From Octopus sinensis (Eukaryota): DNA of 64,000 nt. Of the stretch, positions 24,711 through 39,262 are shown one piece after another. Both the position numbers and the translations under genes were made by a program. How positions within the stretch are numbered: the first letter of the stretch is position 1; every line of letters begins with the position of its first letter. The stretch is taken from contig NC_043004.1 in NCBI RefSeq assembly GCF_006345805.1, positions 32,674,001 to 32,738,000 on the forward strand. Direction: 5' to 3'. Below the pieces are notes generated by a model. The model ran no database searches and was not told the origin of the DNA. It saw only the letters and a program-made list of their open reading frames with translations.

Positions 24711-25157
24711 ATATAAACACAATATATAAACACACACACATATAAACACGAGTGGAAGCGACATTCTGGTAGTTGCATCAAAATGGCAGGAAAATTTTTA
24801 AATGAGGTGCAAAAAAAAGCGAAAATAAAATTTAATTCTCGGTAGCCATGGGAACCAGCAACGTGGTGATTTAGTTAGAGCGAATCCTGACAGTTCATGG
24901 ATGTCTTTCTCCTATGGGGGGGGGGGTCTCTGTGGGTTCTCTTTAAAAAATAGATGTGGTTCTCTTCTAGTGTGATATCGAGGTGTTGTGACCGCAATTA
25001 ACTTGGGAAGGAGTAATTGTTTGACATCGATCGTCACAGAATAGGAATATTTATATAAAGAGAAAGATGAAGAGCCCTATAGGTGCATAAGGTCGATTTC
25101 CCAGGTTTTGTGGCGTGTCCACACACACATACACACACACACACACATACACACACA

Positions 25158-25198
<41 letters not shown>

Positions 25199-25351
25199 AA
25201 ACACATATAAACTAAATCGAACACACATATACAAGGTCTGTGTGTTCGTATTTCGTTGGGCGTCTGTATTTTATAATATATTCTCAATGCTCCTGGAATA
25301 AAACGCCACAAAGTAAGTCATAGACAAGCGAGACAACTCAATCAAATCCCT

Positions 25352-25394
<43 letters not shown>

Positions 25395-25504
25395 GAGATG
25401 TGGAACACGAGTTGTGATATATAAAAAAGGAAATGAAGAAAATGCTGACAAAATAATTTAAGTAATTTAATTAGGTGAAAGTTCTTTTTACCGGTTGCAC
25501 ATTT

Positions 25505-25820
25505 GTTATGCTTATCATGTAGCTTGCTATTCTCTTTCAGTGAACATTTTTTCTGGTTGAAATACACCGAAAAATGGCGACACAGCTGTCAAAAAATCGT
25601 AAAAAATAGGAATTTTCATAGAAAAAAAAGCACCGTTTTGATGTAAATAATTTTTGGTATTAACATGGTCCGATTTGAATTTTTTCTTCTGCGGAAGGAA
25701 GAGCAAGCCTTCTTCTATCATGCTCTCAATTTTGGTCAACATGCGCCGCAGGGTCTGGGAGGAGATAGTGTTAGTTGAAGGCTACCAAACCTGCCATACA
25801 CAGACAACTTCAGCTTTATA
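25505..25820 (-). mobile_element. Partial Helitron (family of 54647-55037)
   Basis: Reverse complement of 54655-54960; the CTAG 3' end is not seen. Confidence 0.75.
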
Positions 25821-25841
25821 TATATATATATATATATATAT

Positions 25842-26035
25842 AACGGGAAGGTTTACGAAAATAAACAAAAGACGAAGGCAGGTGGAGTACAAACAAACAA
25901 TGTATTAGTATGGCGCTCAGGAATAGAAATAAAACAAGTCTTTTACGTTTCGAGCCTACGCTCTTCGACAGAAAGATACACAGAAAAGAAACAAGGAGAG
26001 AGAAAAATTGCGTGTAGGGGCTAACGATCCAACAT
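25842..26035 (-). mobile_element. (TA)n-flanked probable solo PLE terminal repeat
   Basis: Related to 37880-38070; carries a hammerhead motif. Confidence 0.65.
25939..25976 (-). ncRNA. Minimal hammerhead-like motif with CUGUCGA core
   Basis: TCTTT CTGTCGA A GAGC GTAG GCTC GAAA C GTA AAAGA; stems I and II pair fully. Confidence 0.65.
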
Positions 26036-26039
26036 GGAT

Positions 26040-26220
26040 ATATATATATACCTGACTGGATGGGACGACAGCCCGTTGTATTTTTGGGCGATCAAGTCAG
26101 CTGCAGTAGCATGAAGTGAAGTGTTTTTGCTCAAGAACAGAACGCATCGCCTGAAGAAGGAATCGAAACCACAATCTTACAATCATGGGTGCAACAGCAC
26201 TAAGCTATGCGCCTCCACAA
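26040..26220 (-). mobile_element. SINE family C-related fragment
   Basis: GTGAAGTGTTTTTGCTCAAGAACA..GAATCGAAACCAC..GCGCCTCCAC. Confidence 0.7.
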
Positions 26221-26354
26221 TAATTATGCACGCATACACACATATCCATATATGTGTATATGTATATACACACACGTTCATATATATATGTATATATATA
26301 TGGACATACATGTTTGTACATGCATATATAAATTATATATAAATACGTATGTGG

Positions 26355-26380
<26 letters not shown>

Positions 26381-26385
<5 letters not shown>

Positions 26386-26555
26386 TGTGTGGTAAGTAGC
26401 TTGCTAACTAACCACATGGTTCCGGGTTCAGTCCCACTGCGTGGCATCTTGGGCAAGTGTCTTCTGCTATAGCCCCGGGCCGACCAATGCTTTGTGAGTG
26501 GATTTGGTAGACGGAAACTGAAAGAAGCCTGTCGTATATATATATATATATACAC

Positions 26556-26587
<32 letters not shown>

Positions 26588-26795
26588 TTGTGTGTCTGTG
26601 TTTGTCCCCCTAGCATTGCTTGACAACCGATGTTAGTGTGTTTACGTCCCCGTAACTTAGCGGTTCGGCGAAAGAGACCGATAGAATAAGTACTGGGCTT
26701 ACAAAGAATAAGTCCCAGGGTCGATTCGCTCGACTAAAGGCGGTGCTCCAGCATGGCCGCAGTCAAATGACTGAAACAAGTAAAAGAGTAAAAGA
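26381..26795 (+). mobile_element. SINE family A, full length
   Basis: Near-consensus, CpG-intact copy. Confidence 0.9.
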
Positions 26796-26965
26796 GTATA
26801 TAAGTTCAGCAAAAATTTAGATTCAAATGAATATGGTACTTAATTTAGATGCACCAGACAGAATTCTGTATGGTGTTATCCATAAAAATCCGTGGGGTGA
26901 TTATAATTAAAATAAGCAACAAGAATGACTCCGGTAATTTGGTACGATCGTTTCGTAGTATATGG

Positions 26966-27010
<45 letters not shown>

Positions 27011-27255
27011 GTGTTGTGTGTATATACATGTATGTGTATATATATTTGTGTGTATATATACATATTTGTGTGTATATATATTTGTATATATGTGTCATAT
27101 GTATATATACGTACATATGTGTATATTTTGTATATATATGTACATAGGTATATATTTGTACTTATACATATATATATATATATATTTGTTTATATATACA
27201 TATATATTTATTTGTTTATATATACATACATATATATATCTGTATATCTGCCTGC

Positions 27256-27315
<60 letters not shown>

Positions 27316-27369
27316 ATATCTATCTATATATCTATCTATCTGTCTGTCTGTCTGTCTGTCTATCTGTAT

Positions 27370-27422
<53 letters not shown>

Positions 27423-29639
27423 CATCATTGACTAATTTCAGACACTTTTGCTAAATCATGATGGTTTATGATTCAAGTGCATTTTAATTGAACTGTTTTG
27501 TGAAAACTGTTTCGGTTTGTTTTGGATTTTCCTCAACTACGGTTTTTAGCAACTCAATATTGACGGAATTTGATCCAGATTCAGGGGATTCTGTGAGAGA
27601 AATATTTCACAAGTGAAGCTGACCATACACTCGTTGACTTGTCCGGACACTTAAATCTTAATTTTGCAAAAGTAGAACGAATATTTCTTACCCCTTCCAT
27701 TGTTGAAGAGCCCTTTTTGAAAGCATGCAGTGTTTGATATAGGTCTAATCTAAATTCATTTTAAAAAGGGAAAAATTGAAACTAATTTAGCAACTATGTT
27801 TTAAAATAATCTGCAAAGAATGAAAAAACGAGGAAAAAAGAAAAGAACACATATTAAAATGTGGAGCCTAATGTTTATTTTATCTTTGATATTGGAAATA
27901 TATCCAGAAAGAGATCATGTCTAAAATGTGACAAAACTTCCTTTCCCAATTTTTGTTGCTTGTCTCTGTGATACATGAGAAAAAATGTTCTTTGAGAAGA
28001 ACGAGAATAACTATTCTTAATTAGAACTCAAGCATATATTATAATTAAACAATTAATTTTTATTGCTAAGTTGAATGCAAGGACTAATGAATAAACGAAC
28101 ATATTGATTAAGATTGATGGAGTGGGGGTGGGGTGGGATGGGATGCATTGGAACGTTTGACCTCATTTTTATTCAAACAATATTTTTGTTTTGTTTTATC
28201 TCTACCATTCACAAAAACATGTCACAGATGTGTTTGCGTTAGTGATCGTGCGGGAGTGTGTGTGTGTGTGTGTGGCGGGGTGAGGCGTACGTGTTGTATT
28301 TTATTTTTATCTTATGACAGGAAGCAAACTAAAATAGAACGATTCTTCGTTTTAAATATGTGTTGTATAAGAAGGGTGATGTTCAACAAATTCGATCGAT
28401 CTTAGCTAAGATCTTAGCTCCTCACCTCTTGTCAAAGTAATTGTTTTTTTTAACCCCTCATCTCCGTACAGTCCGGACGTAATTTCACTTTCCGCAACAT
28501 TAAACTTTAAAATACTTTTAGATGCAGAGTAATTTGAACCTGCTGCCTGAAGCCAATGAAATATCTTTTAATTCCTCATTGCCGTGGATGCCATTGTTTA
28601 GAGCCAGGTCTAGGCGTGACCATCTCGCCTTATTTACAGGAATAGTATGGCCCCGGACTACATTATTCAGTACACTGTGGGATCTCTATTTACAAACATA
28701 ACTCTTTCCAGATCCCTCTTCGTTAACTGAATTGTTCATTACATCCAAACTCCACATAAAAGTTTGAAATGAGATTTACTTCGCCCAACAATCAAAAGCA
28801 AGTACATAAATATTGTAGGCATATGTCGATATATTTGTATGCATGAATGGATGTGCGTGTGCGTGCGCTCGCTCGCTTTTCCCTTTTGGAAAAGCGCGCA
28901 CATATGAGAAATATATTTTATATCAAATAAGAAAATGTGCATTTCACTTGAAATGCGCATATATACACTTTAACAAACCGTTTGTATACGCTCTCCCAAC
29001 CAATTATATGCGCGCGTAGTCTTCTCGTAGTTTGTTGTTCAAATTTCAGATCGGTAAGCGAGTTTGACTTTCTGAAAAAAAAATCTATTCGTTATTCAAT
29101 TTTTCATTTTTGAGAATCCTTCATATATTGATAACTGTATACTTAGGTGTCGATATAGTGTGGTTTAAGGGAGATTTGGTTTCTATTTCTGACAGTTGAA
29201 ACGACTTAGTAGAGTTACCCTCGTTGACTCGTTAATGATGTCGTTGCTTTCAACGATGAATTTTACTACTCTGAATTACAAATCAATAAAAACGCCTTTA
29301 AGTATTGGTTCTACTTAATAGAAATAGCCGTGAAATCTCCCTCAAATCATATCCATCAGTTTTGAAGGAAAATTAAATTGAATAATTAGTCCTACCATAC
29401 ACTATGTCTGAAAAACAGAGCGGCCAACCGGCCGTGATACGCTCGGTCCAGAGACTCGCTGTTTCCTCGCACACCCAAAAACATAAAAAAGATGCTTACA
29501 TTCCTATTTCACCCACAGTGAGGCTTTGCAATGTTTAGATGAGAAATAAAATACTTGCTGAAGAAATAAGAGACTTCCTATGTGGTTGATATCACATATG
29601 GGAACGAGCGAAGAGTTCCTCCCCCACTCCCTACACCTA

Positions 29640-29865
29640 TTTCTTTACTACCCGCAAGGGGTTAAACACAGAGGAGACAAACAAGGACAGACAAACGGAT
29701 TAAGTCGATTACATCGACCTCGGTGCGTAACTGGTACTTAATTTATCGACCCCGAAAGGATGAAAGGCAAAATCGACCTCGGCGGAATTTGAACTCAGAA
29801 CGTAACGGCAGACGAAATACGGCTACGCATTTCGTCTGGCGTGCTAACCGCCAGCTCGCTGCCTT
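29640..29865 (-). mobile_element. SINE family B with 16-bp TSD
   Basis: CCACTC(C/T)CTACACCTA at 29624-29639 and 29866-29881. Confidence 0.9.
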
Positions 29866-31258
29866 CCACTCTCTACACCTAAAACACTACGCAACCGTAC
29901 TACGCCTGAACTTACAATAGGAGCAACCAATTCTTCGACTGATTTATAATTTGCTCAACCCTCTCGTTCGACGGATTTTTAATAAACTAGCCTATCTCAC
30001 ACCACAAGAGCAACGTTAGGTGCTTCTTAAACCAGACACTCTCTTCTGTTTTAAAGATCGTGTTCGAAAAGTTTATCACGTGTTAACGTCATTTATTCAC
30101 GGCGGATTTCGTTATCTGAAACACATTTAAACATTTCCTCTTCCATAGCATCGTTCTAACGACCATAAATTTCATTTTGTTATCTTGGTTTAAGCTTTAA
30201 TTAGATTTTAGTTAGGCTAAGATACGTTTATTATTGGAATGGCCCGACTAAAAATCGAGACACTTGTTTTATTTCTGTTCTTCTCAGCCATTACCATTCT
30301 TTGAAGTGTTCCTTGATTTATTTCATCTCGTTTTATTGCATTTTATTTTATTTGAGCTAACTCTAAAGTTAATCAAGAAATAAGTCTTTAACGTAAATCT
30401 GATTGTCTTTTATTACTGTAACTTCAAACGGTAAACGAACAACGAAAAGCTGCCCTGTGGCGGGCAGTTTTCTGCTCATCGTTATCTTTTATACTGCGGC
30501 CAAGCTGAAGCAGCACCTTGCAGGGTTTGGTCGGACAAGTCGACCAGAGGGCTTGACTTTTAAGTCTGGTAGTTTATGTGGTCGGTTTCTTTTGTCGAAA
30601 GGAGGTAACTTAGCTAAGTTACCAACAGCGTTGTAAAGGAACCAACAGCGTTGTCACGCGGTGGGATGACACACACACACACGCACGCACACACACACAT
30701 GATGGGCTTCAACACAGTTTCTGCTTACCAAATTCACTCACAAAGGATTGGTCAAACTGAGATATAGTAAAGACACTTGCCGAAGATGCAACGCAATGGG
30801 ACTGAACCCGGGACCACTTTGTTGCAACGTGAGTTTCTTAGACACACAGCTATATATATATATTATATATATATATATAATATATATATATATTATATAT
30901 ATATATTTATATATTTATATGTATACATATATGTATACATATATGTATATATATATGTATACATATATGTATATATGTAAACATATATGTATATATATAT
31001 ATGTATATATATATATGTGTGTGTGTGTGTGCATACATATATGTATATATATGTATACATATATGTATATATATGTATATATATGTATACATAATATGTA
31101 TACATATATATATATGTATACATATATGTATATATATGTATATATATATATATATATGTATACATATATGTATATATATATGTGTGTGTGTGGTGTGTGT
31201 TGTGTATACATATATGTATATATATATGTATACATATATGTATATATATATATATATG

Positions 31259-32386
31259 ATGTAATAATAAGAGTAAATAATTTCTATAAAGGCTTTTAAA
31301 AAAAACCCCAATTATTTACTGTTAGAATTCGGTATGTAAATATAGCCGATTACCGGCAGGAACTTCTGTAAAGTTCAGTATATATATTGTATATAAGAAA
31401 AAAGGGACAGGCAAAACAGGTTGCTTGACCGCATACCGAAAAAATAGAAATAGCAGTCAAGAAGCTTATTTCTATCAAAGTTGGACTCCGGGCATGACAG
31501 ACCCTGTAATTCACATATGCAAAACAGAAGGAATAGATAACGAATACGAAGTCTGGCGGTTATCTGTGAACATCATGTTTCTGGATTATAAATATATTGA
31601 ATATATATTCCATATATATTTTTGATATATATTTCATATACACTGCATATATATTTCACATCCTTCTTCAGCACAGCTTTCCATTGAAAAAGATTTATCA
31701 TAGATTTATCAAATGCTACGTACCTCAAACCTTCTGACCATGCGACATCAAAATATTTGAAGAAAGTGAGCAAAAGCTAAACCTACATAGACGTTTGAAT
31801 TCATAAATCTTCCCTCCAAAATTTTGCCATGCGCATTACAAAAATAGTTCCATAAGATGGGGAACAATTAGGTTGTCAAAGGGAGTGAAAAATCCAAATA
31901 GTAATGTAATAATAAGAGTAAATAATTTCTATAAAGGCTTTAAAAAAAACCCCAATTATTTACTGGTAGAATTCGGTATGTAAATATAGCCGATTACCGG
32001 CAGGAACTTCTGTAAAGTTCAGTATATATATTGTATATAAGAAAAAGGGACAGGCAAAACAGGTTGCTTGACCGCATACCGAAAAAATAGAAATAGCAGT
32101 CAAGAATGCTTATTTCTATCAAAGTTGGACTCCGGGCATGACAGACCCTGTAATTCACATATGCAAAACAGAAGGAATAGATAACGAATACGAAGTCTGG
32201 CGGTTATCTGTGAACATCATGTTTCTGGATTATAAAATATTGAATATATATTCCATATATACTTTGATATATATTTCATATACACTGCATATATATTTCA
32301 CATCCTTCTTCAGCACAGCTTTCCATTGAAAAAGATTTATCATAGATTTATCAAATGCTACGTACTCAAACCTTCTGACCATGCGA
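31259..32386. repeat. Tandem duplication, about 645-bp period, second unit partial
   Basis: ATGTAATAATAAGAGTAAATAATTTC starts at about 31259 and 31904; the copies are nearly identical up to CCATGCGA; (TA)n on both sides. Confidence 0.95.
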
Positions 32387-32394
32387 AACCTGTT

Positions 32395-32430
<36 letters not shown>

Positions 32431-32846
32431 ATATATTATATATATATATATATGTATATATATGTATATATATATATATACATATATATACAAAATACAA
32501 AGTGGGACAAGAACGCAAAACAACCGGACAACTAGGTGATACAAAAAAAGGGACAACAAAACATTCCAGATCTATATATATATATACATATATGAGTGAG
32601 AAATGCGTGGTGGGGAATTTTCAGGTCGATAACTCTGTTATCTTCATAAATCCAGAACAAAGCTTCAACAATTTGCATAAAAACAAATCGTCTCCAACAA
32701 ACCACCAGCAATGGATCGCCGTCGTTAAACCTTTTAACTGGCCAAGAATGACTATACCGCCACCACCAACAACCACTTCCATCACGATTTCTAATCGACT
32801 ACCCCCTCCCCATAAATTTCAGGCCTTGTCTCTATAGTAGAATGGC

Positions 32847-32915
32847 TTCTTCTACCTTCTTCTTCTTCTTCTTCTTCTTCTTCTTCTTCTTCTTCTTCCT
32901 TATTTTTCTTCTTCT

Positions 32916-32962
<47 letters not shown>

Positions 32963-33120
32963 TTCTTCTTCTTTTTCTTCTTCTATCTTCTTCTTCTTCT
33001 TCTCTTTCTTCTTCTTCTCTTTCTTCTTCTCTTTCTTCTTCTCTTTCTTCTTCTTCTTCTTCTTCTTCTTCTTCTTCTTCTTCTTCTTCTTTTTTTTCTT
33101 CTTCTTCTCCTCCTCCTCCT
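32847..33120. repeat. (CTT)n-rich polypyrimidine tract
   Basis: Directly visible. Confidence 0.95.
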
Positions 33121-33388
33121 CCTGTTGCTGCTGCTGCTGTTGTTTGGAAGACAACGGGGCGGCGGTGGTGGTTGTGGTGGTGCCGAAAAAAAGATCTATG
33201 TTTATATAATCGCATATATAGTAAACAAATTGAAATGAGTGGAGCCCGAATCGATAATTTTCTCGAGTATTTCATTGTCAGTGATAATAGTATGGTGTGT
33301 GTGTGTATATGTATGCATGTATGTGTATGTGTGCGCGCGAATGTATGTATGTATGTATGTATGTATGTATCTATCTGATTATATGTGT

Positions 33389-33425
<37 letters not shown>

Positions 33426-33957
33426 CATATATATATAGGTGCAGGTGTGGCTGTGTCGTCAGAAGTTTGCTTCCCAACAGGAGTGTTTTTGATTTGACCT
33501 GTCTCCTCTTTCTAATCATACACATCTCTCCGCTCTCTATATATCCTTTAACACTACCAACACATCTTAATTCACACCAAAAAAAAAAACAAAAAAAAAA
33601 CCCTCGATCGACCAACACTGTTTACAAGGCTCTATGCTTAGAATGACCAAATATAACTACCATCGGATCTCACACACCATGTACAAGAAAATTTCTTCAC
33701 CAAAAAAACTTTTTCACCTCTTATACACACCATTCTACTTGAATAGTGCAAATGCAAATTCAATATCCTTATGTATCTCACTTCTACTTTCATTCTCTAA
33801 CTTCCCTCTGTGTTTCATTTCTTGTCTACAATAATTAAAACCCAGATATTTTCTCGCACCGTCTCTGATGAAGGGATATATAAAATATCCCGGAAATAGC
33901 TGTAAGACGTTTTCTTGATAAATGTTGTGAAATCTATTTACTGCCTTGGTTTTTTTT

Positions 33958-34114
33958 AATGTATGTATGTATGTATGTATGTATGTATGTATGTATGTAT
34001 GTATGTATGTATGTATGTATATATATATATATATACATACATACATACATACATACATACATTATACATACATACATTACATATATATATATATATATTT
34101 ATACATACATACAT

Positions 34115-34156
<42 letters not shown>

Positions 34157-34199
34157 ATGTATGTATGTATATATATATATGTAATGTATGTATGTATAG

Positions 34200-34235
<36 letters not shown>

Positions 34236-34467
34236 GTATGTATGTATATATATACATGTATGTATGTATATATATGTATGTATGTAACATATATGTATAT
34301 ATGTATGTATGTATGTATATATATGTATGTATATATGTATGTATGTATATATATACATGTATGTATGTATATATATGTATGTATGTAACATATATGTATA
34401 TATGTATGTATGTATGTATATATATGTATGTATGTAACATATATGTATATATGTATGTATATATGTA

Positions 34468-34498
<31 letters not shown>

Positions 34499-34518
34499 AT
34501 ATATATATATATATATAT

Positions 34519-34589
<71 letters not shown>

Positions 34590-34590
34590 A
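33958..34590. repeat. Compound (TATG)n/(TA)n microsatellite
   Basis: Directly visible; recurring GTAACATATATG motif inside. Confidence 0.95.
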
Positions 34591-35477
34591 TAAATATATG
34601 TATTTGTGTATATACACATACATACACATAAGTCAGCAACAAGAGTTGAACATCTCCGAGGAAGAACTTTTAAATAAGACTCAAAGAAATATATACATAC
34701 TTAAGTTTTTCTTGAAAGAATTCAACTTTTGTCGCTAACAATGTGACAAGGCTTTTTTTTTTTTTTTTAGTAAAGAGAGTTCTTGGTGTTTGTAAATATT
34801 TGGTTGAGTTCGTGTATTGATTGAGCTGTCGTTGCAGACATCCAAGTCAGTGCATCTATTCACCTAAGAATCTCAGATGGAAAATTATTGGAGTGTTTTA
34901 CAAATCTTAACCCTGCCACTAATAAATTTGGAAAAATCCACATCAATATCAATGAGTATTTCTAGGGTTTTGTGCAATTTGTTGGTGCATAATTTAATGA
35001 ACCTATAATGGTAGGTACAAATGAGAATCCGTAGTCAGAGTAAAAGAGATGTACGTTCCGCATTGAGTCGCCATAAACGTTCTCTTTTTCCTGGATTTTT
35101 GATTGTACATTTACATCCGCTGGTCAGCTATACATACATACATACATACATACATACATACATACATACATACATACATACATACATACATACATACATA
35201 CATACATACACACACATTTACACGTTTATACGCATTGCTGGAAAACAACAAAACATTTACAGATTATACATTTAGTAGAGTAAAATTTATGAATAATATT
35301 GATTTGTCTGGGACTTCGAAGTTTTGGCTAGCATTGAGTCGATGCTTTCGGCAGGAAGTGGCAAAAGGTCTGATGACTGATAACATCATCAAAACTGCAT
35401 TTAAAATGAAATAACGGTAATACATACATACAATGTTTATGCATGAATATGTATGCATATATGTATGCGCGCGCGTG

Positions 35478-35540
<63 letters not shown>

Positions 35541-35748
35541 CATATATGTATGCGCGCGTGTGTATATATATATATTATATATATATATATTTCTATATTT
35601 CTATATATATATATGTCATTTGTAGGGCAAGGGTTGTCTTTAAATAGAGTAGATGAGATGGTTGAAAAAGTTAGGCATGTGACCTATCGATTACTCAGTG
35701 ACTTATCGATCACAGATCTTTGGGAAGCTGTCCATCCACTGTGCTCCT

Positions 35749-35826
<78 letters not shown>

Positions 35827-36254
35827 ACTCGCGCACGCATACACACACACACACTGGACGTTGGACAGAACTTTGGAACAGATACTGCCTCCAACTCTTT
35901 GCCGTCTTGTTTCAAATCCATCAATGAATTGGGGCTGGATTTGAAGTTCAGAAACCATACCTTGTGGTAGGGTTTCCAATTCTTTGCCTTCTGAGTTCAA
36001 CTCCCACCATGGCCTAACATGCGTGGTGGACTTGATCCGTCTCCACTTCAACACAACTGCCTGGCACCTCGTCTCTCTTTAACGAAGTCCACCACATCGC
36101 AAGCATCCGGGCGAGGTTCCTGGATTGGGGATACCGCCCTCCCCCTCTCTACATCTCCACTTTGAGAGGCACTATAATGGCTCCCGGTGCTTCACCCCTC
36201 ACCCACCGTCCTGACTAAAATATAAAAGAATTACATTGAGACGTATACAAACTC

Positions 36255-36300
<46 letters not shown>

Positions 36301-36334
36301 GCATAAACTCACATATACAGTTATAAGCACATAG

Positions 36335-36723
36335 ATACATCGTGGTACTCCGTCGGTTACGACGACGAGGGTTCCAGTTGATCCGATCAATGGAACAGCC
36401 TGCTCTTGAAATTAACGTGCAAGTGGCTGAGCACTCCACAGACACGTGTACTCTTAACGTAGTTCTCGGGGGTGATTCAGCGTGACACAGAGTGTGACAA
36501 GGCTGACCCTTTGAGATACAGATACAATAGAAACAGGAAGAAAGAGTGAGAGAAAGTTGTGGCGAAAGAGTACAGCAGGGTTCGCTACTCTCCGCTGCCG
36601 TTGCCTCTTGGATCGTTAGGTGTTTTCGCTCAATAAATATTCACAATGCCGGCCTGGGAATCGAAACCGCGATCCTACGGCTGCGAGTCCGCTGCCCTAA
36701 CCACTGAGCCATTGCGCCTCCAC
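36335..36723 (-). mobile_element. SINE family C, full length
   Basis: Homologous to 16763-17154. Confidence 0.9.
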
Positions 36724-37574
36724 GCATCGATACATATATAGACACACACCTACAAATGTATAAGCACATATAGACACATAAACACATATCTATGCACATA
36801 TAGATACTTATATAAACACACACACACACACATATAAGTACTGACACACACACACACACACACTAATATGTTCACACAGATATATAGAGACACACACCTA
36901 TATAAACACATATGCTCATATAAAGAATTATAAACACACATATACACACGTATAATGTATTCATAGACACGCTCCTATATAATTGTGCGTTTGTGTTATA
37001 CCAAATAACAGAGTGTAAAAACAGTGGGGTATATATTATCGAGATTTCGTCATGATAATAAATATATTTATTTACCAGACCAGACAGCCATGTTGGAAAA
37101 TGGTTGTTAAGATGACAAGTGTTTCATTTGCAACTAATAATTAAAATAATTACTACTATCTGTTAAACGTCAGTTAGCAAAAATGGCAAGCGGCTGCGAA
37201 TGGGTTTCGCCATCGATCTTGGAAACGAACTTATCTGAATATACCTGAAATATATGAAAACCGTTGGTAATTATTGTAGGAAAGGATATGCAGGAAAGGA
37301 TTGCTAACAGTTGATTAAGTAAGACTAGAAAATCATGAGCTTGTATACCGACTGTGTCCTTGACAAGCATTGATTCCGCTTCCTGTTCTGTTTGTCGGGA
37401 AGAGAAGAAATAATAACAAGAGACAGAAGAACCTCATTGGTTTATGGTGCTCAACAACCATGAAATTGGTGGTGCTTAGTTTTGGTACTTGATAGGGGAA
37501 AAAATGATTTATTCTTTTCTGACGAGAATAAATTGTGTACTTGCTCTTTTCCAGTGGAGCGCGTTCATGTATGT

Positions 37575-37810
37575 GCATGGCTTAGTGGTTAGGGCGTTGC
37601 ACTCACGACCGTGATTTCGAGTTCCAGGCTGAGCGGTGCGTTGTGTTCTTGAGCAAAACACTTCATTTTATGTTGCGCTGCCATCATTACGTCATCTGAC
37701 GTGTGGCACACTTGTGCCCCTGGACAGGCAATGTCGATTTGATGGAGGGAATGAGCTAATGTGGGACACGAACATTTGCTCTCTATACACAAATTATCTG
37801 TGTAGGGTGG
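37575..37810 (+). mobile_element. SINE family C-related
   Basis: GGCTTAGTGGTTAGGGCG head and TTGAGCAAAACACTT core. Confidence 0.75.
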
Positions 37811-37932
37811 GATGGGGGCTTTCGGCAAGAAACTGCGGAACTCTCATCCATCGCCTAACGACAGGAGAGTATTCTGGACCGTTGAAATCTACAAGTTTTT
37901 TTCATTCTCTCTCTGTTTATTTTCTCCCATTC

Positions 37933-37968
37933 CTTTCTGTTGAAGAGCGTAGACTCGAAACGTAAAAG
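37933..37968 (+). ncRNA. Minimal hammerhead-like motif with CUGUUGA core
   Basis: CTTT CTGTTGA A GAGC GTAG ACTC GAAA C GTA AAAG; lies in a repeat ending in (TA)n at about 38070. Confidence 0.6.
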
Positions 37969-38056
37969 ACATTTTCATTTTCCCGAGCGTCAAACTAATA
38001 CACTTGCTTGTTGTTCATGCACCTGTCCTCCTCTCTTTTGTTTTTCTATAAATTTC

Positions 38057-38099
<43 letters not shown>

Positions 38100-38333
38100 G
38101 TACAAACACATACACACTGGCGCTAATAGCTAAAAGGTGGAATGTACGAAACTGGGGATGTAGAGAATATATTCGAGAATGAAATTAAATTAGTAAAAAA
38201 AAAACTGGGTCCAATGGTTTTATTTTGACAGTTGACATAATACATTCATTATCAACATGAAACCAATTGTCTTAGTTATTTTTTGTACTTCAATTATCAT
38301 TTATGTGCATTTGTTTGTCCGCCAACTAATCTA

Positions 38334-38365
<32 letters not shown>

Positions 38366-38409
38366 CATACACACACATACATGTGTGTGTGTACGTGCGC
38401 ACACGCGTG

Positions 38410-38471
<62 letters not shown>

Positions 38472-39262
38472 AGTGAGTGGGCAGATGAAAGAGCACGGTA
38501 ATTAGCATATTTGGTAGGAGTTACATACATTATTTCCATTAACTGTGTGATTCTGTTCCATATGATTTAAAAGTAGAGCTATTATTATATTACGAATATA
38601 GTAAAAGCTAGTTTGAAACAAATACTGATATTTAGAAACATTGAATCGTCGTAAGCAGCGACACTGTAAAACAGCAGAGTGTTTTATCGTTTTGTAGTTT
38701 TGAGCTGAACTTTTTCTATGGATATGAAGAAAAGGCGATCAAACTGGAATAATCCACTGGAATGATGTCCCAGTTACTTTAATCAGGACATTCGGTAGAA
38801 CTGAACCCAGGTTAGCAAATTAGCACAGCCCTTAATAAGTTCCAATGATGTTAACATTACTGAAACATATAGGCTCGCTGTACATCTCTACGGCTAGCTA
38901 GACTGAGCTAGCAAGAACCATTTTCAATTGATGTGATATATAGACCATGTCAGTCGATCAAATTAGTGTTTCCGAAGAATATTAACGGAATGAAATGACA
39001 TGAAATTCCGCCAAGGTCGACTTTGCTTTTCATCCTTTCGGGGGTCGATAAATTAAGTATTAGCTGAGTGAGTACTGGGGTCAGTGTAATCGACTATATC
39101 CCTCCTCCACATTTCAGGCCTTGTGTCTGTAATAGAAAGGATTATTATCATTATTATTTGACTATTATTTACAGCAGGTCAAGTAATCACGTTGGTTAAT
39201 CAATTAATCCCTAATACGTATGGAGCCTTATAAGCATGCCGGACAAACTGCTTAGCCGTATA

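Noticed and set aside
26158-26177. CTGAAGAAGGAATCGAAAC hammerhead-like string
   Set aside because: It lies in a reversed SINE head where GAATCGAAAC is the B-box complement; no stems II or III.
32842-33428. Poly-E/K/R/S/L ORFs
   Set aside because: They are (CTT)n tract translations.
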